Shown here one piece after another: positions 10,326 to 20,292 of a DNA stretch of 64,000 bases (positions are counted from its first letter, which is position 1; the number at the start of each line of letters is the position of its first letter). The DNA comes from a virus: positions 5,770-69,769 of the IMG/VR virus record IMGVR_UViG_3300010412_000009. The stretch is one strand, 5' to 3'. The notes beneath the pieces are model-generated. The model saw only the letters and a program-made list of their open reading frames with translations, ran no database searches and had not been told where the DNA came from. The translations under genes were made by a program, and so were the position numbers.

Positions 10326-10328
10326 ATT

Positions 10329-10784
10329 TTAATTAATCTTAATTGTCGTTGATTTCTTTTTTGTTTCCTCATTTTTTTTCATTCCAGGGATAAATAACGT
10401 TAGAATCCCATCCGCAATTGTTGCTTCCACTTTATTGAAATCAATTTCACCTGTTGGAAGACTGAAATCAATGGATTCTGTTCTTTTTTCTGAACCCAAA
10501 TTAACTTCTCTTTCACCTGAAACTGTTATTTGTCGATTTTCACCTGAGATATTAAGATTTTCTTTGTTGAATCCAGGTACTTTTATCAAAAAGTAACACC
10601 CATCATCAAGACATACTGTCTCATAGGTAATATCTCTATTATCCTCACCTTTCATCATTGGAGTACGTTTTGTTTCGTAATACATCCAAACAGGGTTCAT
10701 AAATTCATTTCTGGAATAAAAATCATGCCCAAAAAATTGCTCAAAAATGTTGTCAAAAGATCCAAAATAATTTTTCCTTCTCAT
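10329..10784 (-). CDS. Hsp20/alpha-crystallin small heat-shock protein
   Basis: VPGF.KE.L.I...ITVSGER and A...DGILTL.IP motifs. Confidence 0.85.
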   Translation of the reverse strand: MRRKNYFGSFDNIFEQFFGHDFYSRNEFMNPVWMYYETKRTPMMKGEDNRDITYETVCLDDGCYFLIKVPGFNKENLNISGENRQITVSGEREVNLGSEKRTESIDFSLPTGEIDFNKVEATIADGILTLFIPGMKKNEETKKKSTTIKIN

Positions 10785-10858
10785 AATATTTTTATTTTAT
10801 TAGTTTATTGTTAATTTACAAAAAATATCAATCAAAGTCAATGCCGATATTAATTCAA

Positions 10859-10893
10859 TGACAAAATGTCATATACAATATGTCGTTTTGACA
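10859..10893. promoter_or_regulatory. paired TGACA-N3-TGTCA-type boxes between divergent hsp20 and clpC
   Basis: perfect inverted repeat TGACAAAATGTCA at 10859-10871 and variant TGTCGTTTTGACA at 10881-10893. Confidence 0.5.
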
Positions 10894-10955
10894 GATAAAT
10901 TAACCTATGGACTTTTGGTATGTTTTTTCCTATAATTTAAAAAAAACTGAAAATT

Positions 10956-12959
10956 ATGTTGGATTATATGGATGACGGACCAAGTAAAGTAAGAAGTTCA
11001 GGTGGACAATCACAAACTCCAGTTCTTGACAATTTTAGTCGGGATTTGATTAAACTAGCCGAAGAAGGTAAATTAGACCCTGTTATTGGTAGAGATGATG
11101 AGATTAAACGTATTGCCCAAATACTAAGTAGAAGAAAGAAAAACAACCCAATTATTATTGGAGATCCTGGATGTGGTAAAACTGCAATTGTTGAGGGTTT
11201 GGCGATTAAGATTCAGAAAGGTGAATGTCCTCGTAACTTGGCGGATAAACGTATCGTGACATTAGACATCACATCATTAGTGGCAGGTACAAAGTACCGA
11301 GGTCAATTTGAGGAACGAATGAAAATTATTATGGATGAACTTAGAGACGATCCAAACACCATCATCTTCATTGATGAAATTCATACAATTGTTGGTGCCG
11401 GTAATGCCTCAGGTTCTTTGGATGCTTCAAATATTTTTAAACCCGCATTGGCAAGAGGTGAATTACAATGTATTGGTGCGACAACACTTGATGAGTATAA
11501 AAAACACATCGAGAAAGATGGTGCTCTTGAGAGGAGATTTCAAAAAATTATTGTCGATGGTACAACAAAAGAACAGACACTAACGATTTTAAAGAATATC
11601 AGACAATATTATGAAGATTATCATAAAGTTTCTTATTCTGATGAAATATTAGAGAAATGTGTTGAGTTAGCAGACAGATATATCACGGATAGAGAATTTC
11701 CCGATAAGGCAATTGATATTTTGGATGAAGTTGGATCAAGATGCAAAGTAGACATTAAATCTCCAACAATTATTGACGAATTAAAGAAAGAGGCTCAAAA
11801 AATTAAAGACGAAAAAATCAATGTAGTTCGAGAACAGAGATATGAAGAGGCTGCCAACTTAAGAGATAAGGAAAAGAAAATTCTAATCAAGTTAAAAACT
11901 GAGAACGAGAAGTTTGAAGATTCTTTGACTAAAGAAAAGAAAAAAGTTACACTGGATGTACTATATGATGTAATTTCAGGGATATCCAAAATACCAGTTC
12001 AAAAACTTTCATCAAACGAAACAAAAAGACTTAAACATCTCAGTGATAAATTGAAAGAGAATGTGATTGGGCAAGATATTGCTATCGATAAAATATCAAG
12101 ATCAATTAGAAGACATAGATTAGGTATTAATAACCCAAACAAACCCATTGGGTCATATATCTTTTTGGGTTCAACAGGTGTGGGCAAAACATTAATGGCA
12201 AAGAAAATTGCCGAGGAAGTATTTGGTAGTTCTGATGCCCTAATCAGAGTTGATATGTCTGAATATCAAGAAAAGCATTCAATATCAAAATTAATTGGTT
12301 CTCCTCCTGGATATATTGGTTACGATGATGGAGGACAATTAACAGATAAGGTTAAGAATAATCCATACTCTGTTATTCTTTTTGATGAAATTGAAAAGGC
12401 AAATTCAGATGTATTCTCAACATTACTTCAAGTTCTTGATGATGGACATATGACAGATGGTTTGGGAAGAAAGGTTAATTTTAAGAATACCATAATCATA
12501 ATGACATCAAACTTAGGGATTAAAAAATTACAAGAGTTTGGTAAAGGTATTGGTTTTGATACAAATAACGGATCCTTTGTCGATGCTGACATTAGAGAAC
12601 GTGAATTGAAGAAAGAACTTAAAAAGTTTTTTGCTCCTGAATTTTTAAATCGTATCGATGATATTATAGTATTTAATAATTTAAATCAAAACGATATTAG
12701 TAAAATTGTTGAAATTGAACTTAAAATTTTATCTGACAGGATGGATTCCTTGGGTTATAAGATATCTTTTGATGAGAGTATTATCAATCACATATCTGAA
12801 GTCGGATTTGATGATGTATATGGAGCAAGACCTCTAAAACGAGCAATTCAAAGTGAAGTTGAAGACTATATTTCCGATATGATAATTGATAATAAAATTA
12901 AAAAATCAAAATCATATCAGGTTAAATACGACTCGGAATCCAAATCTTGTACTATATAA
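10956..12959 (+). CDS. clpC: ClpC-type AAA+ unfoldase lacking the N-terminal Clp domain
   Basis: two Walker A ([16 protein letters not shown]), two Walker B, UVR-like coil [11 protein letters not shown], ClpP-docking IGF loop (GIGF). Confidence 0.88.
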   Translation: MLDYMDDGPSKVRSSGGQSQTPVLDNFSRDLIKLAEEGKLDPVIGRDDEIKRIAQILSRRKKNNPIIIGDPGCGKTAIVEGLAIKIQKGECPRNLADKRIVTLDITSLVAGTKYRGQFEERMKIIMDELRDDPNTIIFIDEIHTIVGAGNASGSLDASNIFKPALARGELQCIGATTLDEYKKHIEKDGALERRFQKIIVDGTTKEQTLTILKNIRQYYEDYHKVSYSDEILEKCVELADRYITDREFPDKAIDILDEVGSRCKVDIKSPTIIDELKKEAQKIKDEKINVVREQRYEEAANLRDKEKKILIKLKTENEKFEDSLTKEKKKVTLDVLYDVISGISKIPVQKLSSNETKRLKHLSDKLKENVIGQDIAIDKISRSIRRHRLGINNPNKPIGSYIFLGSTGVGKTLMAKKIAEEVFGSSDALIRVDMSEYQEKHSISKLIGSPPGYIGYDDGGQLTDKVKNNPYSVILFDEIEKANSDVFSTLLQVLDDGHMTDGLGRKVNFKNTIIIMTSNLGIKKLQEFGKGIGFDTNNGSFVDADIRERELKKELKKFFAPEFLNRIDDIIVFNNLNQNDISKIVEIELKILSDRMDSLGYKISFDESIINHISEVGFDDVYGARPLKRAIQSEVEDYISDMIIDNKIKKSKSYQVKYDSESKSCTI

Positions 12960-12989
12960 AAAAAAGCCGTCAAATGACGGCTTTTTTTT
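12957..12989. terminator. bidirectional intrinsic terminator
   Basis: A-run, GCCGTCA-AA-TGACGGC hairpin, T-run. Confidence 0.88.
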
Positions 12990-13848
12990 AATCCCAAAGA
13001 CTATAATATCGTCTTAACTTATTGTTATGGTTATATAAATTATCCCCCTCATACTCGTAGTTTGAATATCCCAAACTTTCAATCATTCTTCTACCCAATT
13101 CAACCCCATTGAAAGTATCCTTTACTACTACATATTCATCTCTTCTGTGCATATTATAATATCCTATTGATATATTAATACACGAAAAATTGAATAGTTT
13201 TTTTAATGAATAAACGTCAGTATATGGATGTCTCATATATTCAAGATGATTTCCAACACCCTCTTTCAATATTTGATCGCATGTTTTGAAGAAATCCGAA
13301 TTCCTATCAAATAATACCTCACCAAAACACACTTCAGTAACCATGTAATCTTCTGGTGCGTCAAATTGTATTGCATATCCGACATTCTTAAAAAAGGACG
13401 GATCGGCATTTTTAGAACCAATACAACCTACTTCCTCAGACACAAAAAACGCCGCCTTCAAATAGGGTAATTCCTTTAGTAGTGTGAGACATGCGAATAC
13501 ACCACACTTATCATCACCACCAATACCTACAGGATATCCTGCATCGTTATACGCCTTCAAGGATAGTGATAAATTACCTTGAGAATCTTTAAGAGTTTCC
13601 TCTCTTACGTTAATAGTGTCGATGTGATGTACGGTATCCGTATGCGACACAACACAAGGGTAATACTCAGGCTCATTGTCATCTATTTTTTTTGTTGCAT
13701 AAACATTCAAATAAGTATCGACATAATATTCAATATTATTATCTTTAAGCCATTGAGTAATATACTCAACCATTCGATGTTCTTCAAATGTTTTTGTGGG
13801 TATTGATAATACCTCTTTCAGGAAATCTAAATCATACATACTATTCAT
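12988..13848 (-). CDS. M20/M28-family metallopeptidase
   Basis: SHTDTV, GGDDKCG, SEEVG and late His metal-ligand motifs. Confidence 0.8.
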   Translation of the reverse strand: MNSMYDLDFLKEVLSIPTKTFEEHRMVEYITQWLKDNNIEYYVDTYLNVYATKKIDDNEPEYYPCVVSHTDTVHHIDTINVREETLKDSQGNLSLSLKAYNDAGYPVGIGGDDKCGVFACLTLLKELPYLKAAFFVSEEVGCIGSKNADPSFFKNVGYAIQFDAPEDYMVTEVCFGEVLFDRNSDFFKTCDQILKEGVGNHLEYMRHPYTDVYSLKKLFNFSCINISIGYYNMHRRDEYVVVKDTFNGVELGRRMIESLGYSNYEYEGDNLYNHNNKLRRYYSLWD

Positions 13849-13862
13849 ATTAAATATTTACA

Positions 13863-13911
13863 CAAAGATACGTTTTTTTTTTGACATTCACAAATATTTA
13901 TCGTATATTTG
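13863..13911. promoter_or_regulatory. divergent Bacteroidota-type promoters for peptidase (-) and tmRNA (+)
   Basis: TATCTTTG on - strand at 13863-13870; TTTG at 13880 plus TATATTTG at 13904-13911 on + strand. Confidence 0.7.
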
Positions 13912-13932
13912 TATTGTGTTCTTTGAAAATAT

Positions 13933-14357
13933 GGGCCTAAATGGAATCGACGTGGTATTGATGTAATTAAGGCAGCTCGCAGTGTAATTCTATCCTGCGT
14001 TAAAAAGGAGAATTAATCAATAAGTGGCAATATCGCTTCTTCTTTGGCAATCGAGGCTGTTTTAAACAGTGACGTAAATGGTGGTCGTGCTATCAGCATG
14101 GTTTCCGAGCCAGTGGCTTTTGCAGAGGCTATTTAATCAAAATCTGCAGACTGACCTACCATGTGTAGGAACAGTAACGAATCCGTGAAAGCGGATTCTG
14201 ATCCGGCCTTTACCTATGGTAAGGGACTAACAAAGGCTTTCTTCGTAGTGCCAGTAAACAACGAAGTGGTGGAGTTGTCGGGATTCAATCCCAAATGGCT
14301 GTAATTCCTTAATTGCTGATTTATTTACGGACGTGGGTTCGATACCCACTAGGTCCA
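13933..14357 (+). ncRNA. ssrA: tmRNA
   Basis: 5' GGGCCTAAATGGAATCGAC; 3' T-arm GTGGG-TTCGATA-CCCAC and TAGGTCCA; acceptor with G3:U70; resume ATAAGT-GGC, tag ORF 14026-14136. Confidence 0.92.
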
Positions 14358-14360
14358 CTA

Positions 14361-14606
14361 AAACTCGTTGCCGTTGTGTCCGACACTTACGAGGGTTGTA
14401 ATACATCGAAAGGTGAAAATTCAACTACAAGTGCAATGATAGATTACTTAGGTAATCAAATTCGGACAAACTCATTCCCTAAAGTCCCTGATGTAATGAC
14501 ATCAAACTTTAGGTGTTTTTAATAATGTTAACATACACGACCCGCTTCCCATAAGAACAGCGTGCTGAGGCTTTGATGGATACGCGTCCATTATTAATCG
14601 TGTATT
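14361..14606 (+). ncRNA. unidentified structured RNA(s) directly downstream of tmRNA
   Basis: nested helices TGTCCGA/TCGGACA, CACTT/AAGTG, CATC-GAAA-GGTG, GATTAC/GTAATC, CCTAAAGT/ACTTTAGG, TACACGA/TCGTGTA; no credible ORF. Confidence 0.5.
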
Positions 14607-14613
14607 TTAAATT

Positions 14614-14647
14614 AAAAAAGGTAAGGAGAAATCCTTACCTTTTTTTT
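14614..14647. terminator. bidirectional intrinsic terminator
   Basis: AAAAAGGTAAGGA-GAAA-TCCTTACCTTTTT. Confidence 0.88.
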
Positions 14648-17279
14648 ATCCACATTTAGATGAACCACAATCTATACATCGGACACATCCTTCCTCAAAT
14701 ATTACTCTATCTGAACCACAGTCATAACAAGTACCATTAATTTTAGTACCGTCTTTAATGTATTTTTTCAATGCTCTAACAACACCTGACTTCCATGTAT
14801 TGATAGTGTCCTCAGTGAACGACATATTTTCAATTGTTTCGGTTACATAATATATCGGCATCCCATGTCTCAACATAGAACTAATCAATCTGGCATAATT
14901 CCAATATTCTTTATGAAATGCCTTTGACAATCCCTCAACAATACACTTGCCTTCTTCACAATCATATTCAAAGTCATAAGACTTATTACCATCTATTTTT
15001 GTCTTAATGATAATACCATCATCAATGTTATTAGGTACTTTAAACATATCTGATGGTCCGGTAAAGATCTCATAAGGTCTACCGTTCAACAAACCAACAA
15101 AGGCAATCCATTTCTCATATTTATTTTGAAATCTAATTACTTTACACGGTAACCTTTTAGGTCTTTTTGGAGCATCCACATCACCAAATGTTCGTTCAGT
15201 ATCTTTAGCGTCGTTACTAACCAAAACACCTGTACGACAACCATCTCGATATACAGTAACTCCTTTAAGTCCGGCATCCCATGCTTTCTCATAAATTTTT
15301 GCAACATCTTCTTCTGTTACATCATTTGGTAAGTTTATGGTTGACGATATTGAATGTGTTACATATTTTTGAATAATACCTTGTAATTCAACTCTTTTCT
15401 CCCAATCAATATCATTTGCAATACTTTGATACCAAGGAGATACCTCAAATAATTTCTGAACCTCCTCACTTGACATTCTCATTACTTGTTCATCTCGACT
15501 AATACCTGATATCATATCCTCAATATGCATTATCGCCCAATTCCTAAACTTAGGATGCATAACTGGATATTCCTGCCAATTATCTCCATTCTGATCTGTG
15601 AAATCAACTCTAACACCTTTATCATTTGGATTAATCTTCTTTCTACGCATATAATATGGTGAAAATAAAGGTTCAATACCTGAGGTTGTTTGTGTCATAA
15701 TTGATACAGAACCCGTAGGTGCGACAGTACTAAACGATATATTACGTCTACCGTACTTTTGCATTCTTGCAAATTGTTCAGGATATATTTGCTGAACAAA
15801 ATTATACCATCGATTACCACTTTTTTCAATATTAGGATCCCACCCTTTAAACGATCCTTTTAATATTGACATATCAATAGTTGCATCCAATTCTGCCTTC
15901 ATTATTGTATAATAAACAGAATCTATTATTTTAAAACTTTCGTTGGAATCGTATTTAACATTTAACGCCGCCAACATATCACCCAAGGAAGTAATACCAT
16001 TTCCTGTTCTTCTACCTGAAGATGCGACATCATAAATTTTTTCCCATAATTCAAGTTCAGTTCTTTTGGTGGTTTCGTCTTCCGGGTCTGATTTTATTTT
16101 ATTAATAATATTTTTAATATAACCTAATTCAATATCAACTAAAATATCGCCAAGATATTGTTGTTCATAACTGATTTGATATAATTTACCATAATCAATT
16201 TCTGCATTAACATTAAATGGGTTCTTAACAAAACTAAATAAATTCTTTGCAATCAACCTACATGCATCAAATGGTTGCATGAAAATTTCACCACAAGGAT
16301 TAGTGGTAATTCCACGATATTGTGGATATACACCATCGGGAGAATAATCCCAGTGGTTGTCGATAAAAATGATACCAGGTTCGGCAGAATCCCAAGCACA
16401 GTGAATAATGGTATTCCAATAATCACGAGCTTTAATTCTCTTAAAATAATGTTTACCACCGTCCTTAGTCTCTCTTTCAACAAGGACATTATACTCTTCC
16501 TGATCCATTTGAGCCATATCGCAGGCTTCTTGTGGTAAATCAACAGGAAACCTCAAGATGTAATCATCGTCATTCCTAACAGCCTCCATAAAGTCATTGG
16601 TTATCATTACAGATATATTAGCACCAGTAACTTTACTTCTATCTTGTTTTGCAGTAATAAATCCTAACGAATCAGGATGACGAATACTTGTACTCAACAT
16701 CAAAGCCCCTCTTCTACCATCCTGAGCAACTTCTCTCGTTGTATTTGAATACCTTTCCATAAATGACGGCATACCAGTTGAAGTAATGGCAGCGTTTTTA
16801 ACTCTTGTTTTTTCTGGACGAATTGTACTTAAATCCAAACCAACACCACCACGTCTCTTCATTAGTTGAGCCATTTCCTCATCTTTCTTACAGATTCCAC
16901 CATAGGAATCTTCGGGCTGACCGATGACAAAACAATTGCTAAGCGATCCAACCGAGCTTGTATTACCTAATTGAGACATTACCGATCCTTGAGGGACAAT
17001 GTAGTTGAAGTTTTTAAACAACTCGTAAATCTCGTCTTCGGATAGAATATTATTTCTTAATTTACCGTAATCGGATAATTCAATGTCTTCCTTATCGTTT
17101 GGGGGGTTTATAAATTGCGCATCATAGAAATGTTTCGCCAACCTTCTATGCATTTCATCAGGTGTTTTTTCAAAAAAACCATCCTCAGTTTTAAGTTGGT
17201 ACTTATTCATCCACACATCAGTTGCCAACTCATCACCATTAAAATAATCTAAAACGATTTGCCTATACTTATCATTCAT
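14646..17279 (-). CDS. nrdJ: class II (adenosylcobalamin-dependent) ribonucleotide reductase
   Basis: SNCFV, TNPCGE, VAPTGS, SSTINLP, KGVTVYRDG, C-terminal CxxC...CxxC; start chosen at MNDKY. Confidence 0.9.
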   Translation of the reverse strand: MNDKYRQIVLDYFNGDELATDVWMNKYQLKTEDGFFEKTPDEMHRRLAKHFYDAQFINPPNDKEDIELSDYGKLRNNILSEDEIYELFKNFNYIVPQGSVMSQLGNTSSVGSLSNCFVIGQPEDSYGGICKKDEEMAQLMKRRGGVGLDLSTIRPEKTRVKNAAITSTGMPSFMERYSNTTREVAQDGRRGALMLSTSIRHPDSLGFITAKQDRSKVTGANISVMITNDFMEAVRNDDDYILRFPVDLPQEACDMAQMDQEEYNVLVERETKDGGKHYFKRIKARDYWNTIIHCAWDSAEPGIIFIDNHWDYSPDGVYPQYRGITTNPCGEIFMQPFDACRLIAKNLFSFVKNPFNVNAEIDYGKLYQISYEQQYLGDILVDIELGYIKNIINKIKSDPEDETTKRTELELWEKIYDVASSGRRTGNGITSLGDMLAALNVKYDSNESFKIIDSVYYTIMKAELDATIDMSILKGSFKGWDPNIEKSGNRWYNFVQQIYPEQFARMQKYGRRNISFSTVAPTGSVSIMTQTTSGIEPLFSPYYMRRKKINPNDKGVRVDFTDQNGDNWQEYPVMHPKFRNWAIMHIEDMISGISRDEQVMRMSSEEVQKLFEVSPWYQSIANDIDWEKRVELQGIIQKYVTHSISSTINLPNDVTEEDVAKIYEKAWDAGLKGVTVYRDGCRTGVLVSNDAKDTERTFGDVDAPKRPKRLPCKVIRFQNKYEKWIAFVGLLNGRPYEIFTGPSDMFKVPNNIDDGIIIKTKIDGNKSYDFEYDCEEGKCIVEGLSKAFHKEYWNYARLISSMLRHGMPIYYVTETIENMSFTEDTINTWKSGVVRALKKYIKDGTKINGTCYDCGSDRVIFEEGCVRCIDCGSSKCG

Positions 17280-17307
17280 TTTTATTTTAATGATACTAAT
17301 TATATCA

Positions 17308-17883
17308 TTACTTGTCAATTGGAAGGTTCAATCCTTTTGCTATTCTTTGACTAATAAAATTATTTACAGTCTGTTGAAGTGATGTTGGTTCAGAATCTCC
17401 TTTTAAATCTAATGTTGGGTTTTTTGTTGTAACACCTTGTTTTTTATATCCAATATGGAAATGACCTCCTGTCGATCTGGAACTAGGGTTCTGATATTCA
17501 TCAATAAAGTGAAAATTAGGATATTTTGGAATTACTTTACCGACACAGTATTTACCATTTTTATATGGTTCTGATGTGAAATCAATTGCAAGCCCCTTTG
17601 GGTGAAGACTTTTTGGATCTCTAGAATGATACTTGTCATTACCTGCGGTTATTCTAAATTTACATCTAGGACAACATTTTGACATATCCCTAATGAAAGA
17701 CTGAAACTCTCGTGAAAATTCATAATCAATATCACCATTATTATCTAACTCGCCACTAGTACCACCTTTAACTTCAACGTTTGGGAGAGAACTAACAACC
17801 CTTTCCAACTCATCTGAATTGACAGCCTCAATCAAATATTTTTGAATTTCTCCATATTGTCTTTCATTTATTATTATTTTCAT
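17308..17883 (-). CDS. peptidase M15-like (LAS family) Zn protein with N-terminal leader
   Basis: H..G.AIDF and GHFHI motifs; N-terminus MKIIINERQY...LIE. Confidence 0.65.
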   Translation of the reverse strand: MKIIINERQYGEIQKYLIEAVNSDELERVVSSLPNVEVKGGTSGELDNNGDIDYEFSREFQSFIRDMSKCCPRCKFRITAGNDKYHSRDPKSLHPKGLAIDFTSEPYKNGKYCVGKVIPKYPNFHFIDEYQNPSSRSTGGHFHIGYKKQGVTTKNPTLDLKGDSEPTSLQQTVNNFISQRIAKGLNLPIDK

Positions 17884-17901
17884 ATGACAAGATTATGATT
17901 A

Positions 17902-18513
17902 TCAGATATGAATCCCTAAAGATTCTGTTTCTTGTTTAATATCTTTCAATATAAGTTCATTAAAAGTACCATCTGTAATATAATCCTCAGGTATCTCACT
18001 ATAAGCCCATTCAATACCAAGGACAGCAATTAGGTTTTTATTTTTATCGTAAATAGGGCAAGTTACAATTGCATAACTACCATGTGATTGGATTGTTGCT
18101 CTTGTAAAGACATCAGGAATTTCTTCAGTATCAGAATAACACATTTTCATATCTATCGTATTTTTAATTAACCAAGTGTAATGACTAACTAAAATATTAC
18201 GATATCTACCCGATAATCTTTCCAATCCGCCAGATGCAACTTCATATGTCATCGTTGACTTTTGCATAGGTAGATCAGTATAAAAATTACCACCATTATG
18301 ATATTGTATAATATATACTCTATCGGAATTATATTTACGCTTAATTTCGTTTAAAACGAAATGAATTACTTGGTCTTTTTCGACTTGTCTGACCACAAAT
18401 TTATCTTTTTTCTTATATTCGGATACTTTTCTAAAATAACCAGCAGATATCAGGGCGACAATTATAGACGAAAATGATATTATGAAAGATTCAATGATAT
18501 TAGTTATGTCCAT
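17902..18513 (-). CDS. single-TM protein with GAF-like domain, possible T4 T-type holin
   Basis: N-terminal hydrophobic helix; DRVYI...CPI...LIAVLGIEW GAF-like pattern; lies between two peptidoglycan hydrolases. Confidence 0.5.
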   Translation of the reverse strand: MDITNIIESFIISFSSIIVALISAGYFRKVSEYKKKDKFVVRQVEKDQVIHFVLNEIKRKYNSDRVYIIQYHNGGNFYTDLPMQKSTMTYEVASGGLERLSGRYRNILVSHYTWLIKNTIDMKMCYSDTEEIPDVFTRATIQSHGSYAIVTCPIYDKNKNLIAVLGIEWAYSEIPEDYITDGTFNELILKDIKQETESLGIHI

Positions 18514-18585
18514 AATAAAAAAAATGTTTAAAATAAATATTACATAAAATAAATATCATTAAATTCAAACAATACCCATATCAAG

Positions 18586-18801
18586 TCATATTCCTTTTTC
18601 TTTTTTGATATAGAACTTATTACGATTTTCTATCCAATCTGTAGATGTTTTAAACTCATTCCACGCAATCTCATCTTTTAATTCAGATAAAACCTCCTCC
18701 CTAACCAAAATAAATCCCTCAGGAGCAATTCTTTTGTACTTTTCATAGTAATGTTCCTTAATCTTATTTTTAATCCACTCAGGTAACGCATTTGATTCCA
18801 T
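18586..18801 (-). CDS. hypothetical protein
   Basis: ORF in operon. Confidence 0.55.
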   Translation of the reverse strand: MESNALPEWIKNKIKEHYYEKYKRIAPEGFILVREEVLSELKDEIAWNEFKTSTDWIENRNKFYIKKEKGI

Positions 18802-18813
18802 AATATATTAATT

Positions 18814-19524
18814 TTAAAATATACAAAAATAACAAATATTATCAGGTAATATGACAAAAGTATCTCTTTTATAACCATCATACAATGGATTTAGTTCATA
18901 TACTAAAGTGGAATCCAAATTAGTACACTCCAATATCCTATCAATAGTGATATACCCTTTAATTAAAAACTTATCATATTTATAATCATCAGGACATTCA
19001 AAATTTAAAAAAAGTTTTGAGTATCTCTTTACCTTACTAACAAATTGTTTTGTCTCCCTTGGAGATTCTTCCAATATCTCTCGATAAGAAAGACCTTCTT
19101 TCATTAATTTAAAAACATTACCCTCACCCCAATTCCAAGCAATTAAAACGTAATTCCAATCTTTGAATTTATCGTGTAGATATCTTAAATATTGACATGC
19201 GACTTCCGTTGACTTTAAAATACACATCCTCTCATCCAACTCATCGTCATAACTGATTTCATACATTTTAGCCACAATAGGTGTGATTTGCCAAGGACCA
19301 ACAGCCCCAACACCTGATTTAGCATTCAAACTTAACCCTGATTCTACAATAGGAATTACTTTATATTTTTCAGGAATATCATACTCATCAAAATATATGG
19401 ACATCAAGTCTGAAAACTTACACAACTCACTTAGTAGTTGTTTTTCGTAATAATTTTGAGAGGATAGGGGTGTTGATAATGCAATTAAAAATACATAAAT
19501 TAATGTTCTAATCATAATCGTCAC
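18814..19524 (-). CDS. lytic transglycosylase (SLT/MltD-like) with signal peptide
   Basis: IVESG catalytic Glu, GAVGPWQI, AWNWGEG motifs. Confidence 0.85.
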   Translation of the reverse strand: MTIMIRTLIYVFLIALSTPLSSQNYYEKQLLSELCKFSDLMSIYFDEYDIPEKYKVIPIVESGLSLNAKSGVGAVGPWQITPIVAKMYEISYDDELDERMCILKSTEVACQYLRYLHDKFKDWNYVLIAWNWGEGNVFKLMKEGLSYREILEESPRETKQFVSKVKRYSKLFLNFECPDDYKYDKFLIKGYITIDRILECTNLDSTLVYELNPLYDGYKRDTFVILPDNICYFCIF

Positions 19525-19561
19525 TTTTTTTTAACAAATAAAAGATAAATATACAAAAAAT

Positions 19562-20239
19562 ATGGAAAATTGCAATTATTTAGGACGTGAATTTCAGAAC
19601 TATTATGTTAATCACTTGGGAAACGGATCACTGGATCTTCACTATTTTGAAAATTCGATGACGCCTTACATCTTAGAAGAGAGGGAATTACGAGCAACAC
19701 AGATTGATATTTTCTCTCGGTTAATGAGAGATAGGATTTTATGGGTTGCGGGTCCTGTCAACGACAGAATGTCAACAATAGTACAAGCACAATTAATGTA
19801 CTTGGATTCTGTAGATACTATGGATATAACAATGCACATTGATTCTCCTGGTGGTTCTGTAAAGTCAGGGTTGAGTATGGTAGATGTGATGCATTATATA
19901 AATTCAGATATCAAAACTGTGAATACAGGATTGGCGGCTTCTATGGGTTCTGTATTATTGGCGGCAGGGACTAAGGGTAAGAGATCATCTCTAAGATTTT
20001 CCAGAACAATGCTACATCACTCATCCGCAGGGTTTCAGGGAAATATACAAGATGCCACAATAACATATGAACAATGGCAAAGATATAATCAAATTTTATT
20101 TGAACTTCTAGGCGATTTTTGTGGTAAAGATCCCGAACAAGTAAAAAAAGACGCTGAAAGAGATTTTTGGTTGAGTAGTGAAGAGGCTCTTAATTACGGG
20201 TTAATAGATAATATCATTCAAAAAAAAGGAGGGAAATAA
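19562..20239 (+). CDS. clpP: ATP-dependent Clp protease proteolytic subunit
   Basis: DIFSRLMRDRI, DSPGGSV, GLAASMGS (catalytic Ser), MLHH, ERDFWL, YGLID. Confidence 0.95.
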   Translation: MENCNYLGREFQNYYVNHLGNGSLDLHYFENSMTPYILEERELRATQIDIFSRLMRDRILWVAGPVNDRMSTIVQAQLMYLDSVDTMDITMHIDSPGGSVKSGLSMVDVMHYINSDIKTVNTGLAASMGSVLLAAGTKGKRSSLRFSRTMLHHSSAGFQGNIQDATITYEQWQRYNQILFELLGDFCGKDPEQVKKDAERDFWLSSEEALNYGLIDNIIQKKGGK

Positions 20240-20292
20240 TTCCCTCCTTATCGGATTAATGATTAAGCCTCCATTTATTAGGATTAATTAAC

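Noticed and set aside
14227-14522. ORFs 14227..14424 and 14313..14522
   Set aside because: Overlap the tmRNA 3' end and structured RNA; no protein-like features
2445-17318. Inteins or introns in terminase and ribonucleotide reductase
   Set aside because: No intein splice-junction or LAGLIDADG motifs; frames are uninterrupted and sizes are ordinary
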